Of a stretch of 64,000 bases of DNA, positions 19,472 to 27,505 are shown in pieces. A program made the translations under genes and the position numbers. Numbering within the stretch: the first letter of the stretch is position 1; each line of letters begins with the position of its first letter. The stretch lies in NCBI GenBank assembly GCA_001513185.1, contig LFST01000046.1, positions 82,161 to 146,160 of the forward strand. The letters run 5' to 3'. Origin of the DNA: Candidatus Fermentithermobacillaceae bacterium DTU015. GTDB lineage: Bacteria > Bacillota > Sulfobacillia > Fermentithermobacillales > Fermentithermobacillaceae. The notes beneath the pieces were generated by a model. The model had not been told where the DNA came from. It saw only the letters and a list, made by a program, of their open reading frames with translations, and made no database searches.

Positions 19472-20216
19472 AGTCTTGGCAATCGAAACAACCACTGATC
19501 TTTTGGGTGTTGCCCTTGTAGAGGATACGGGCATACGTTGTGAATTTAAGGTTATAGAACCTATGATCCATTCAAAGATGCTGGTGCCTTTGTGTATACA
19601 TGCATTGGAGACGGCAGGGTGGGCACCCCAGGACCTTGATTGCCTGGCCGTGTCAGCGGGCCCTGGATCATTTACCGGGCTCAGGATAGGTTTCGCCATG
19701 GCACAAGGCTTAGGTTTTGCATTGGATAAGCCCATCGTCAAGGTGCCTACCTTCCAAGTTTACCTCAGGCAATGCTCGGCTTACCCAAGGCTTGCCATAG
19801 TGCAAGGCAGGGCACGTAGCCAAACAGTGTGCGCCTTGTACGAGCATGCTGTGCCCGAGATGTCAGACGGTGAGGAGGGTTTTCGCGAAATCCTTGCTCC
19901 TACCGCTGTGTCTTCCAAAGAGTTCTTGGACTATGTAGCGGATTACCTGGGCGATACCCCTTCGGTGCCTGTGTGGGTGACGGGGGATGCGGCTGAGCAG
20001 TTTGCCAAGCTGGCTTTGGAAGCTGAGATTGAGGGCGTCACGGCGGTTGCCCCCCACCTCAGGCTGCCTGCACCAGGGCTCTTAGGCCTGATTGGGCTCA
20101 GGATGTTCCTTGAAGGTGAGGCAGTGCCTGCAGCTGCAGCTCTGCCTGATTACTACCGGAAATCCCAGGCCGAAGTGGTATTTGCCCGCAAGGCAAAGGG
20201 GGAACGACTTGATTAG
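19434..20216 (+). CDS. tsaB: tRNA t6A biosynthesis protein TsaB
   Basis: VLAIETTTDLLGVAL is the inactive Kae1/YeaZ-like N-terminus. The start is uncertain: ORF-track ATG 19434 or TTG 19476. Confidence 0.75.
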   Translation: MKQSGDTRNNTPKVLAIETTTDLLGVALVEDTGIRCEFKVIEPMIHSKMLVPLCIHALETAGWAPQDLDCLAVSAGPGSFTGLRIGFAMAQGLGFALDKPIVKVPTFQVYLRQCSAYPRLAIVQGRARSQTVCALYEHAVPEMSDGEEGFREILAPTAVSSKEFLDYVADYLGDTPSVPVWVTGDAAEQFAKLALEAEIEGVTAVAPHLRLPAPGLLGLIGLRMFLEGEAVPAAAALPDYYRKSQAEVVFARKAKGERLD

Positions 20217-20241
20217 CGCTAAGAACCTTGTGATTAGCAAG

Positions 20242-20709
20242 ATGACCCCAAGGGACCTTGACGAGGTGTTAGCTATCGAACGGCAGTCATATCCTACGCC
20301 GTGGTCCAGACATGCGTTTACTTCCGAACTCACGGCAAATGTGTATGCCCATTACTTCACAGCCCGCCTTGACGGCAAGCTGGTGGGCTATTTCGGGATG
20401 TGGGTGTTTTTTGACGAAGCCCATATCACCAACATAGCAGTTCATCCCGACTTCCGGCGCCAAGGCATAGGTGAGCAGATGATGCGGTTTGCGTTTAAGA
20501 AAGCCAGGGAGCTGGGGGCCACTAAGATGACCCTCGAGGTCAGGCTTTCCAACCATGGTGCCCAAGCGCTTTACCGGAAACTCGGGTTCCAGGACAGGGG
20601 CATACGCAAAGGCTATTACTCCGATACCAACGAAGATGCCATCATCATGTGGAAAGATGATCTAGGCCCAGACTCCCCGCAAGAAGACAAAGTCAAGTGG
20701 ATGCTATAG
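20242..20709 (+). CDS. rimI: Ribosomal-protein-alanine N-acetyltransferase RimI (GNAT)
   Basis: GNAT motifs (QSYPTPWS, RRQGIGEQMM) in the tsaE-tsaB-rimI position. Alternative starts are TTG 20209 and GTG 20230. Confidence 0.75.
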   Translation: MTPRDLDEVLAIERQSYPTPWSRHAFTSELTANVYAHYFTARLDGKLVGYFGMWVFFDEAHITNIAVHPDFRRQGIGEQMMRFAFKKARELGATKMTLEVRLSNHGAQALYRKLGFQDRGIRKGYYSDTNEDAIIMWKDDLGPDSPQEDKVKWML

Positions 20710-21661
20710 TGGCCGAGTTAATGTCGTCCCTGGCTTTTTCCGCTGCCTTGGCCATGGCTTCCAGGATGTCAGCGTGATCCGGATTGGGGTGGCTTTCGTA
20801 GGCGAAAATAATGCCCCTGGAGGAAGCCACCACTGCGCCTGTGCCATCGGGGTAAAACGCCGGCTTTACATCGTCAGGGGTTCCCCCTTGTGCGCCGTAA
20901 CCTGGTACGAGGAACACGGCCTTGGGCATGATTTGCCTCATGAGTTCCAGGTGCTCAGGGTAAGTGGCTCCTACCACCGCACCTATGTTTGAAAAGCCCG
21001 ACGTACCTATGTTGGATCTTCCCAAGCTGTCCACGGCTTCTGCCACCTTGGCCGCCACAGATCCCGGAGCCTCCTCAGGCCTGTCTACCACCTTAAGGTC
21101 TTGAAATGCGCAGGAACCTGGGTTGGACGTTTTGACCAGCACAAACAGGCCGCACCCGTTTCGCTTTGCCATTGCTACAAATGGTTCTAGGGTGTCAGGT
21201 CCAAGATAGGGATTTACGGTGAGCGCGTCCGCAAAAAACTCAGACTCAGGGTGGAGGTAAGCCTGGGCGTAGGCGCTTGCGGTGTGGCCTATATCGCCCC
21301 GCTTTGCGTCAAGGATCACAGGGATGCCGTGTCTCCTGGCGTTTTGGATGCATGAAGCCAGGGCCTTCCAGCCCAAGATCCCCATGCTTTCGAAAAACGC
21401 TGCTTGGGGCTTGACCGCGCATGCGTAGGCTTGGGCTATCTCTATGACGGTAGAACAGAAGGCGTCCAGCAGGTACTCATCGGATTTGCCCGGGAAGGCG
21501 CCCCTGAACTTGGAATCCGGGGCAAGCAGCCGTCTTGGGTCAGGATCGATGCCGATTACAATCCTTGAACCGGTGCTACTTATCCGGCCGTAAAGCTTAT
21601 CTGCAAAGTGCATCTTACCTACCTCGCAATCCAAGGAAATCGCTTCACTTAAAGATTTCAT
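20693..21661 (-). CDS. pyrF: Orotidine-5'-phosphate decarboxylase, type 2 (long form)
   Basis: IVIGIDPD, VKPQAAFFE and ILDAKRGDIGHT motifs. It is on the opposite strand from its neighbours and no other pyr genes are in the window. Confidence 0.65.
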   Translation of the reverse strand: MKSLSEAISLDCEVGKMHFADKLYGRISSTGSRIVIGIDPDPRRLLAPDSKFRGAFPGKSDEYLLDAFCSTVIEIAQAYACAVKPQAAFFESMGILGWKALASCIQNARRHGIPVILDAKRGDIGHTASAYAQAYLHPESEFFADALTVNPYLGPDTLEPFVAMAKRNGCGLFVLVKTSNPGSCAFQDLKVVDRPEEAPGSVAAKVAEAVDSLGRSNIGTSGFSNIGAVVGATYPEHLELMRQIMPKAVFLVPGYGAQGGTPDDVKPAFYPDGTGAVVASSRGIIFAYESHPNPDHADILEAMAKAAEKARDDINSATIAST

Positions 21662-21803
21662 GAATGGCCCGGGCTGTCAATAGTGCACCGACTATACCCG
21701 GAGTTGCGCTGGGCAGGGTACTTCAGGGCAAAGCCTGTCAAACCCTAGGGACTGTGCCGCGGGATTCAGGGTATAATTGGGATAAGTTTTGAGAGGTGAT
21801 CGC

Positions 21804-22838
21804 ATGCTCATACTTGGGATTGACACATCTTGCGATGATACTTCGTGTGCTGTTGTCAAAGACGGGCGTCAGGTCTTGTCGAATATCGTAGCTTCCCAGA
21901 CCAAGCTCCACGAGAAGTTTGGAGGGGTTGTGCCTGAAATAGCTTCCAGGAGACATCTGGAGGTGCTCGTGCCTGCGTGTCAGGAGGCTCTCCAGCAGGC
22001 AGGAGTGACCCTCAAGGATATTGACGGGATTGCTGTTACCAACGGGCCTGGCCTTTTGGGCTCCCTCCTGGTCGGGGTTGGTTTTGCCAAGGCCCTGGCA
22101 TATGCAGCCAAAGTCCCGCTAATCGACGTCCACCACATCGCAGGACATATCTACGCCAACTTCCTTGGCGAAACCCTGCCTGAATTCCCCCTGCTCAACC
22201 TGGTGGTGTCAGGAGGGCACTCTGAGCTCATCCTGATGGAATCCCACGGGCAGTTTCGTTTGTTGGGGGAAACCAGGGACGATGCCGCAGGGGAAGTGTT
22301 TGACAAAGTCGCCAGAGAGATGGGGCTGGGTTATCCCGGCGGGCCGTACCTAGACCGTCTGGCCGAAACAGGAGATCCCGCCAGGATACCGTTTCCGCTG
22401 CCTAAGATCCGTGGCTCCAGGTACGATTACAGTTTTTCAGGGATTAAGACCCGGGCGCTGCTGGAACTTGAAGCGGGTGAAAAGAGCGAAGCGTTCATGC
22501 GTGATTTGGCGGCCGGCTTCAGGAAGGGCGTGGTCGATCAACTTTTGAACCCCGTAGAAGACCTTATAAGACAAACCGGCGCCAGGGGTTTTGCCCTGTC
22601 GGGAGGGGTTGCAGCCAACAGGCTGCTCAGGCGGGAGAGCCAGGCGCTGGCCCAAAAACTCAACATCCCGCTGTTCGTGCCCCCGATGGAACTGTGTACC
22701 GACAACGGGGCTATGATCGCGTCAGCCGGATACTACAAGTACAAGCTGACCGGCGGCAGCCGTTCTCAGCTTGAAACCTTGTTGCTGGAATGCTCCGCAG
22801 GGCTGCCGCTTCGGTCGTGGGAGGTGGATGTGGGATGA
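21804..22838 (+). CDS. tsaD: tRNA N6-adenosine threonylcarbamoyltransferase TsaD
   Basis: MLILGIDTSCDDTSCAVV and the HIAGHIYA metal-binding motifs. Confidence 0.9.
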   Translation: MLILGIDTSCDDTSCAVVKDGRQVLSNIVASQTKLHEKFGGVVPEIASRRHLEVLVPACQEALQQAGVTLKDIDGIAVTNGPGLLGSLLVGVGFAKALAYAAKVPLIDVHHIAGHIYANFLGETLPEFPLLNLVVSGGHSELILMESHGQFRLLGETRDDAAGEVFDKVAREMGLGYPGGPYLDRLAETGDPARIPFPLPKIRGSRYDYSFSGIKTRALLELEAGEKSEAFMRDLAAGFRKGVVDQLLNPVEDLIRQTGARGFALSGGVAANRLLRRESQALAQKLNIPLFVPPMELCTDNGAMIASAGYYKYKLTGGSRSQLETLLLECSAGLPLRSWEVDVG

Positions 22839-24172
22839 CGCTCCAACGGATCCCGCCTCCGTCTATGGAAGCCATGCTGTACCATGCCCAGATGGAAGGG
22901 GTCCTGCCCCTTACTTCCCAATGCAACATGGGCTGTATCTTCTGTTCCAATGCGTACAACCCTGAGACCTGCGAGGTGTTTAGCATCCCTCCCAGGCCCC
23001 TCTCTGACATCGAAGCCACTATACTCTGGCTTACAGGCTCCAGGGGGCCTATCGTGATCGGTGAATCGATTACCAGGATCAATGAAGGGGAACCTCTTAC
23101 CCATCCGGAGTTTGCTGCCATCCTCGAACTGTTGCGGGAACACTATCCTGACAGGATCATCAGGGTTACCACCAACGCTTCACTGCTCACACACGATCTT
23201 ATCAAACGGCTTTCAGATCTTGACGTGGAGCTGATGGTGTCCCTTAACACCGTGGGCCACAGAGAGCGGATCATGGGTGACAAGGAGCCCGAAAAGACCT
23301 TGCGCAATGTGGAAGCCCTGGGAGGCAAGGTGAGATTCGAAGGCAGTATAGTTGCACTCCCTTTTCTCACGGGCTGGGAGGATGTGAGGGATACTGCCAA
23401 GTTTCTGAAAGACTCTGGTGCGTGGTCTATAAGGATGATGGCGCCGGGATTTTCAAGGTATCACCCGCTTAGCAAGTACGCAGCCGAGTTCAAACTGGAT
23501 GAAGCCAGGGAAGTTGCCCGGGACCTCCAGAAAACACTTAAAATCCCTGTATTGTTTGAACCTCCTGGAATTACCACCATAACTCCGGAAGTTGAATACG
23601 TGCTGCCCAGGTCTCCGGCGAGACGGGCAGGGCTGAGGCCGGGGGACGTGATCACACATGTGCTTAGGCGGCCGGTGATGACCAGGAAGGAAGCCTTTGA
23701 GCGGATAAGGGATCACGCCAAGCCTCAGGTGGTTTACAACAGAGAAGGGGGCATTTACGAGACTGTGATCAACAAGCACAGATTCCAACCTTCAGGGTTG
23801 GTGATGTACGATGACCTGGACACTGAAGCATGGTTTGAATGGGAACTCAAGTCCAGGGTAAAGCGCAGGCGGGTGTTGGTGCTTACCTCGGAACTGGCAA
23901 AACCGATTATCGAACATGCCTTGGAAGTACGGAACTTGGAGGCAAGGGTTGAGGCTGTACCTTCGTTGTTCTTCGGAGGCAATATCGGCGCCGCCGGCCT
24001 GCTTACCGTGAGAGATTTCCTCGCCAAGTACGAGCAGATCGGCGGTTCAGGTTACGAACCTGACGTGGTGACCCTGCCTAAGAGGGCTTTTGACCCCTGG
24101 GGCAGGGACCTGGAAGGCATAAGCTACAGAAGTTTTGAGCAAATCTCGGGGAAACCTGTTGTACTTGCGTAA
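22835..24172 (+). CDS. Radical SAM protein with internal PDZ domain (DUF512-like architecture)
   Basis: C-x3-C-x2-C (CNMGCIFC) near the N-terminus and a PDZ segment GLRPGDVITHV. Its ATG overlaps the tsaD stop (ATGA). Confidence 0.65.
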   Translation: MTLQRIPPPSMEAMLYHAQMEGVLPLTSQCNMGCIFCSNAYNPETCEVFSIPPRPLSDIEATILWLTGSRGPIVIGESITRINEGEPLTHPEFAAILELLREHYPDRIIRVTTNASLLTHDLIKRLSDLDVELMVSLNTVGHRERIMGDKEPEKTLRNVEALGGKVRFEGSIVALPFLTGWEDVRDTAKFLKDSGAWSIRMMAPGFSRYHPLSKYAAEFKLDEAREVARDLQKTLKIPVLFEPPGITTITPEVEYVLPRSPARRAGLRPGDVITHVLRRPVMTRKEAFERIRDHAKPQVVYNREGGIYETVINKHRFQPSGLVMYDDLDTEAWFEWELKSRVKRRRVLVLTSELAKPIIEHALEVRNLEARVEAVPSLFFGGNIGAAGLLTVRDFLAKYEQIGGSGYEPDVVTLPKRAFDPWGRDLEGISYRSFEQISGKPVVLA

Positions 24173-24244
24173 GTATTGGCAGGATTGTCCGGCGTTCCAG
24201 AGAATGTTAATCATACAACATACGTTGCTTAGGGGGTTAGGCGA

Positions 24245-25306
24245 TTGGACTTAAAAGAGTTCCTTAAGAAGGCCTCGCTGGCCCATGGGGTATCCGGTTT
24301 TGAGTACATGCATATCGCCCAAGTGGTGAAAGATGCAATGGCGGGCCTGGTAGATGAAGTCAAGACCGACGCGCTTGGCAACGTCATAGGGATAAAGAAC
24401 GGCCACGGTCCTGATCCAAGGCCCCGGATAATGCTTGCAGGCCATATGGACGAAATCGGCCTTATGGTCACCAAGATTGAGGAAGGCGGGTTCCTGAGAT
24501 TTGCCCCTGTAGGCGGGGTAGATCAGCGGGTCCTGCCTGGCCATGAAGTAATCGTTTACGGCAAGCGGCCGCTTACAGGAGTAATCGGAGTGAAGCCACC
24601 CCACCTCACTTCACCTGAAGAGACCAAGAAGGCCCACAAGATGGAAGACCTGTTCATCGACACCGGCTTGCCTGAAGCAGAAGTGAGGAACCTGGTCCGC
24701 GTAGGCGACGTGGTCACCTTCAAGCGCCAGGTGAGCGAGCTTATGGGTGACAGGCTATCAGGCAAGGCCCTGGACGACAGAGCAGGGGTTGCGGTCATTT
24801 TGGCTTGCCTGGAAGAACTCAAGAAGTACAAGGTGGACGCAGACGTATACGCCGTAGCTACCAGCCAAGAAGAAGTAAGCTTAGGGGGCGCCCTGGTTTC
24901 GTCTTACGGTCTCCAGCCGGACATCGGCATAGCCATCGACGTGTGCCACGGTGAGACCCCAGGGGTGCCTGAATGGCGGACCTCATCTGTAGGCAAAGGC
25001 CCGGCGCTGGCCCAAGGTGCCAACATTCATCCCAAGGTGTTTGAGGCACTTGAAAAGGCCGCCAAAGAAGTGGGCGTAAGCGTACAAAAAGAGATCGCGC
25101 CTGCAGCCACAGGTACTGATGCATGGGCCATCCAGGTGACCAGGGCAGGAGTTGCCACAGGCCTGGTTTCCATCCCTTTGAGGTACATGCACACGTCAGT
25201 TGAGACCCTTTCAATGGGCGATATAGAGGGGGCAGGCAGGTTATTGGCCAGGTTTATTGCGTCGGTGGACGCAGGTTTTGTGAAGGAGTTGAAGACATGG
25301 ATCTGA
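24245..25306 (+). CDS. M42-family glutamyl aminopeptidase (FrvX/YsdC/TET-like), copy 1
   Basis: Pattern HMDEIGLMVTKIEEGGFLRF...GKALDDRAGV and the M42 metal ligands. Confidence 0.8.
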   Translation: MDLKEFLKKASLAHGVSGFEYMHIAQVVKDAMAGLVDEVKTDALGNVIGIKNGHGPDPRPRIMLAGHMDEIGLMVTKIEEGGFLRFAPVGGVDQRVLPGHEVIVYGKRPLTGVIGVKPPHLTSPEETKKAHKMEDLFIDTGLPEAEVRNLVRVGDVVTFKRQVSELMGDRLSGKALDDRAGVAVILACLEELKKYKVDADVYAVATSQEEVSLGGALVSSYGLQPDIGIAIDVCHGETPGVPEWRTSSVGKGPALAQGANIHPKVFEALEKAAKEVGVSVQKEIAPAATGTDAWAIQVTRAGVATGLVSIPLRYMHTSVETLSMGDIEGAGRLLARFIASVDAGFVKELKTWI

Positions 25307-26316
25307 GGACTCTCACTTCACTTTCAGGGGTATCCGGAAACGAAAACGAAGTAAGGTCTGCGATAATAAAACAACTTGAGTCCATGGGGATTGATTATGA
25401 GTGCGACGTGATGGGCAACGTAATCGCCAAGCAGGGCAACCAGGGCCCCAAGGTTATGATCGACGCCCACATGGACGAAGTGGGGCTTGTAATCACCCAC
25501 ATTGAGAAGAACGGGTTCTTGAGGTTTGCCCGTGTGGGCGGGATAGATCCCCGGGTATTGGTTTCCAAGCGGGTGCTCGTGGGGAAGGACAAAATTCCCG
25601 GTGTGATAGGGGCTAAAGCCATTCACCTTCAAGAACGGGATGAAAGGTCACGTGTAATCCCCATAGACCAGCTGTTTATCGATATCGGTGCCGAATCCAG
25701 GGAACAGGCCCAGGGCAAGGTCAAACCCGGCGACTACGTGGTGTTCGATACAGAGTACGAAGAACTTGCCCCTGGGATCATCAAGGCCAAGGCGCTGGAT
25801 GACAGGGTCGGATGTGCCCTGCTGCTTGAAATCCTCAAGCAAGATTGGCAGGACGTACAGGTATATGCAGTGTTCTCGGTCCAGGAAGAGATCGGGCTCA
25901 GGGGAGCCAGGGTAGCTGCGTTTGCAGTTGAGCCTGACATGGGTATCGCGCTTGAGGGCACGGTTTGCGCCGACATACCTGGGACGGACAAAGAGTTTCA
26001 GGCAACCAGGCTGGGCAAAGGTGCTGCCCTGAGCATCATGGACAGAGGCTCTATACCCAACCGTGCAATGCTGGATCAACTGATTAAGATCGCCGAGTCC
26101 GAGGGAATTGCCTATCAGTTCAGGGAAGCTACGTCAGGGGGCAACGACGCAGGCGCCATCCAGCAAGCCAAGGCAGGTTGTCCGGTAGTATCGGTATCAG
26201 TACCATGCCGGTACATACATACCCCCTGTTCCATCATGTCAATGTCAGATTTTGAAGCTGCGCGCAAATTGGTCATCAAGTTCCTAGAGAGTGTTGAGGG
26301 AGGTTTCAGGCCGTGA
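25297..26316 (+). CDS. M42-family aminopeptidase, copy 2
   Basis: HMDEVGLVITHIEKNGFLRF...AKALDDRVGC. It overlaps copy 1 by 10 nt. Confidence 0.8.
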   Translation: MDLRTLTSLSGVSGNENEVRSAIIKQLESMGIDYECDVMGNVIAKQGNQGPKVMIDAHMDEVGLVITHIEKNGFLRFARVGGIDPRVLVSKRVLVGKDKIPGVIGAKAIHLQERDERSRVIPIDQLFIDIGAESREQAQGKVKPGDYVVFDTEYEELAPGIIKAKALDDRVGCALLLEILKQDWQDVQVYAVFSVQEEIGLRGARVAAFAVEPDMGIALEGTVCADIPGTDKEFQATRLGKGAALSIMDRGSIPNRAMLDQLIKIAESEGIAYQFREATSGGNDAGAIQQAKAGCPVVSVSVPCRYIHTPCSIMSMSDFEAARKLVIKFLESVEGGFRP

Positions 26317-27308
26317 AAGACCTTATCAAGCGACTCACTGAAACTTTTGGGCCTGCAGGTTCCGAGGGGCCTATAAGGGAACTTATTAGGAAAGAAGTGG
26401 AGCCCTACGTTGACGAGATAAAGGTAGACGCTTTGGGCAACCTCATATGCCTTAAGAAGGGGACCGGCGGAGGCAAAAAGGTAATCTTGGACGCCCATAT
26501 GGACGAAATCGGTGTCATAGTGACCCATATAGACGAAAATGGTTTCCTGAGGTTCAGCAATATCGGCGGGGTATCCCCAGTGGTTGCCCTTGGGCAACGG
26601 GTGTACTTCGAAAACGGGACTTTCGGTGTAATCGGGAGCGAAAAGCTGGATGACATAAAGGATCTCAAGCTCGACAAACTCTTCATCGACATCGGCGCCA
26701 CCAGCCTTGAAGAAGCTGCCAAGAAGGTCAAGGTAGGCGACATGGCCGCGTTCTACCAGCCTGCAATCGACCTGGGCAACCGTATGGTGGCCAAAGCCAT
26801 GGATGACAGGATCGGGTGTGCAGTGGTGATTGAAGCCTTGAAGCGGCTCAAGCAGACCCAGCACGACATCTACGCCGTGTTTGCCGCCCAGGAAGAAGTG
26901 GGGCTACGGGGAGCCAGGGTGGCGGCCTACGGGATCGATCCCGATGTGGGCATAGCTTTTGACGTTACCCGGACCGGAGATACCCCCAAGGCCCACACCA
27001 TGGAAGTATCCCTGGGCAAAGGGGCAGCTATAAAGGTCAAGGATATGAGCCTCATCTGCCATCCCGGACTCAGGAATTATCTTGTCAAACTGGCCGAAGA
27101 CAATGACATCCCGTACCAGATGGAAGTACTGGAGCGAGGAGGCACAGACTCGGGCGCCATCCAGCTCACGCGCGCGGGAGTACCTGCCGGGGTGATATCC
27201 ATTCCGTCAAGGTACATCCACAGCCCCAGCGAGATGGTGGACTTGGGGGACGTGGAAGCCTGCGTCAAGCTGTGCGTGGCTGCGTGTGAGAGCCCCTTGG
27301 ATTTCTGA
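26313..27308 (+). CDS. M42-family aminopeptidase, copy 3
   Basis: HMDEIGVIVTHIDENGFLRF...AKAMDDRIGC. ATGA overlap with copy 2. Confidence 0.8.
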   Translation: MKDLIKRLTETFGPAGSEGPIRELIRKEVEPYVDEIKVDALGNLICLKKGTGGGKKVILDAHMDEIGVIVTHIDENGFLRFSNIGGVSPVVALGQRVYFENGTFGVIGSEKLDDIKDLKLDKLFIDIGATSLEEAAKKVKVGDMAAFYQPAIDLGNRMVAKAMDDRIGCAVVIEALKRLKQTQHDIYAVFAAQEEVGLRGARVAAYGIDPDVGIAFDVTRTGDTPKAHTMEVSLGKGAAIKVKDMSLICHPGLRNYLVKLAEDNDIPYQMEVLERGGTDSGAIQLTRAGVPAGVISIPSRYIHSPSEMVDLGDVEACVKLCVAACESPLDF

Positions 27309-27362
27309 GCAGGAACCGAAACTTAAGGCACAAAAATCCCTGTGGTGACAATAACTTATAAA

Positions 27363-27410
27363 GGCGGCTCCCCCGGTCAGCTGAGGGGAGCCGCCCTGTA
27401 TTTTCGGCTT
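27363..27410. terminator. Bidirectional terminator (11-bp perfect stem GGCGGCTCCCC/GGGGAGCCGCC)
   Basis: The hairpin is flanked by an A-run upstream and a T-rich tract downstream, in a convergent intergenic region. Confidence 0.6.
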
Positions 27411-27505
27411 TTCCGGCGAGGCTGTCGTGAGCGTGGCCGCTGTGATGGTGCCGGCCGCTGTTGATGCTGCCTGCGTGTCCGTCGGCAGCAGGTTGCGCCC
27501 TGGTT

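Noticed and set aside
27411-27505. Second hairpin (TGCTGCC...GGCAGCA) in the convergent intergenic region, considered as a second terminator or small RNA
   Set aside because: It has no adjacent U-tract on either strand and cannot be distinguished from fortuitous GC-rich secondary structure.
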